From contig NC_042998.1 in the NCBI RefSeq assembly GCF_006345805.1, forward strand, positions 22,072,001 through 22,136,000: a DNA stretch of 64,000 nucleotides, read 5' to 3'. Positions 61,640-64,000 of this stretch are shown piece by piece. The notes under the pieces were generated by a model. That model made no database searches and had not been told where the DNA came from. It was given only the letters and a program-made list of their open reading frames with translations. Every line of letters starts with the position of its first letter. The first letter of the stretch is position 1. Source of the DNA: Octopus sinensis. Taxonomy: Eukaryota. A program made the translations under genes and the position numbers.

Positions 61640-61792
61640 GGGTTAGTTGATTACATTGAACCCCAGTGCGTAACCCCGAAAGGATGAAAGGCAAAGTTGA
61701 CCTTAGTGGAATTTGAACTCAGAATGTAGCAACAGGCGAATTACTGTTAAGCATTTTGCATGGTGTGCCAATGATTACGCCAGCTCACCACC
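61640..61792 (-). mobile_element. SINE family B, partial
   Basis: CCCCGAAAGGATGAAAGGCAAAGTTGACC...GAATTTGAACTCAGAA. Confidence 0.8.
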
Positions 61793-61956
61793 TGAAAACA
61801 ATTAATAATAACAATAATAATAATAATAATAATAATAATAATTGAACAATCTGGTGTGTTTATTTTGATGGCCTACCAATGTATACATTGCGTTTCTCTG
61901 CCCTAGGTGTCAGGAAGACACTCAGCAAGAAATGGAAACAGAATTGAAAGAAGATG

Positions 61957-61994
<38 letters not shown>

Positions 61995-62254
61995 GATAAT
62001 ATTTGCAATATTAATGATTATGGTTTCTGATTTTATAACAAGGCTGGCCATTTAAGGGAAGGGGATTAATGGATGGCATCAGCCCCCATCGCTTGGCTTG
62101 TACTTTATTTAATTAAGGCCCATAAGGATGAAAGGCAAAGTTGACCTTGGCAGAATTTGAACTTGGAATGCAAACAGCCGGAAAGAGAAAAAGAATGAGA
62201 CATTGGCATTTTTCTGATGGTGTAACAATTTTGCTTGTTCTCTGCTTTGTACGA

Positions 62255-62875
62255 TGATCATAATGATGATGGTGATGACAATGATGATGAGAAAAGTGAT
62301 GATGATGCTGTTGATGATGACAACGACGATGATGGGATGGGGATGGTAGCAATGATGATGATGCTGATGATGGTGGCGGTGGTGGTGATGCTGATGATGT
62401 TGATGAGTATAAGAATGATGATGATGCTGATGGTGGTGGTGGTGGTGGTGGAGATGAGAATAATGATGATGGGGCTCTAGATGGTAACGATGATGGTGGT
62501 GATGATGATGATGATGGAGATAGGTGATGATCATGATGGTGATGGTGTCGGTGGTGGTGATGCTGATGATGTTGATGAGGATAAGAATGATGATGATGAT
62601 GGTGGTGGAGATGAGAATAATGATGATGGGGCTGGAGATGGTAACGATGATGGTGGTGATGATGAGAATAATGATGATGGAGATAGGGATGGTAATGATA
62701 ATGGTGGTAGCGGTGGTACAGATAACAATGATGATGTTGATGATGTGGATGGGAATGGTAACAACGATGATGATGATGATGGTAATGATGACGATGATGA
62801 TGATGATGTTGATGAGTATAATGATAATGGAGATGATGATGCTGATGACGCTGATGATGATGATGATGATGAACC
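62255..62875. repeat. (GAT)n/(GGT)n block with internal duplications
   Basis: GGTGGAGATGAGAATAATGATGATGGGGCT occurs at about 62447 and 62605. Confidence 0.92.
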
Positions 62876-63409
62876 ATTTCTAAAGATATGTTTGTTTGTA
62901 TGTTTGTTTGTTTTCGCTTTTTAAGTTCTAACGTTTGTCTCATAAAGTTCCCACATTCCTCCTCTCTCTACTTCCAGATGTACCACCATAATAAGTTCCA
63001 CTTGTCATAATGACTCCATCTGAAGACACACAATAGCAGCCATGTTGGGGCAACAAATCCAGTTATTCAGCTAATAGCCAAGATTTAGTTTCGATCGAAA
63101 ACAACAAATTCAAGAACGTAAGCAATTAATTTTTATTTCAAATACATTGAAAGATATTCTGAAGAAATAATTCGAGGAATTTGACTTAGAATAAATGAAA
63201 TATTACTTTAATTGGTTTTTTCTTTTTCTTTTTTTTTTTTGTAGTTTCCTTTTGATCGTTTATTTTCTTTTACTTTTCGTGAAGCAAAAACATTTTAAGT
63301 TTACACAGCGCAAAGGAATGCCAAACTGTCCGGCATCTAATTGAATTATGTATCATAGAGTTGAAAAATAACTAACATTGTGTTGCAGTTCCTGAATGCA
63401 AAGGGAATT

Positions 63410-63428
63410 GTATGTTATATATATATAC

Positions 63429-63486
<58 letters not shown>

Positions 63487-63526
63487 ACACACACACACAT
63501 TATATATATACACACATACATATACA

Positions 63527-63559
<33 letters not shown>

Positions 63560-64000
63560 GATACATACATACACACTAACACACAATATACATGCACATA
63601 TGCATACACACAACATACATACTATATATTACACGAACCATATATACACACAAATATATATACACATATTATACATATATATAATATATAGATATATATA
63701 TATGATTATTTATATATATACATACATACACACTCACACACACATATATACATGCACATATGCATACACACACATACATATATTATATACACGCACATAT
63801 ATACACAAATATATATACACATACATACATATATACATATTATATATATATATATATTTATTTATATATATACATACAAAAACACATACATACACACACA
63901 TATATCCAAGGTGCATGTGTATATATGTGTATATCTATCCACCCACCCACCCATCCATCCACCTATCTATCTATCTATCTATACAAAGAGACACACACAT
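63410..64000. repeat. (TA)n/(CA)n compound microsatellite
   Basis: Direct inspection. Confidence 0.93.

Noticed and set aside
1-64000. Long ORFs in the supplied track (poly-H, poly-D, poly-[13 protein letters not shown] and similar)
   Set aside because: They are translations of di-, tri- and tetranucleotide microsatellites or SINE bodies, are often open in several frames and on both strands, and show no recognisable domains or splice context.

Overview
AT-rich, repeat-saturated eukaryotic DNA. It is most likely an intron or intergenic region of an octopus (coleoid cephalopod) genome; this is inferred from my recognition of the SINE families and the microsatellite load, not from a database search. 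I can support no intact protein-coding gene. The long ORFs in the supplied track are mostly microsatellite translations, and the rest are read-throughs of repeats or unrecognisable. The only recognisable protein sequences are decayed transposon fragments: mariner transposase N- and C-termini, a CR1-like RT C-terminus and a possible GIY-YIG tail. The window contains (i) dozens of SINE or SINE-like copies from at least 5 families (A-E are my working labels), (ii) Tc1/mariner, hAT, piggyBac-like, Helitron-like and Merlin-like non-autonomous elements, often nested, and (iii) several long fold-back elements, usually next to (TA)n. Four observations stand out. First, several unrelated micro-elements carry a minimal type I hammerhead ribozyme architecture (stem I-CTGATGA-stem II-GAAA-palindrome-TA-stem I), suggesting a multi-family Penelope-like/retrozyme system. 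Second, three GG...CC inverted-repeat families have exact 8-bp target duplications, and one shares about 200 bp with DNA 1.7 kb away. Third, SINE-B multimers share one tail-to-body junction, and a circularly permuted dimer is inserted with a 20-bp duplication, hinting at a circular intermediate. Fourth, one CpG-rich island near 3.0-3.3 kb is the best candidate for a host exon. Boundaries of diverged repeats are approximate, and all alignments and folds were done by eye.
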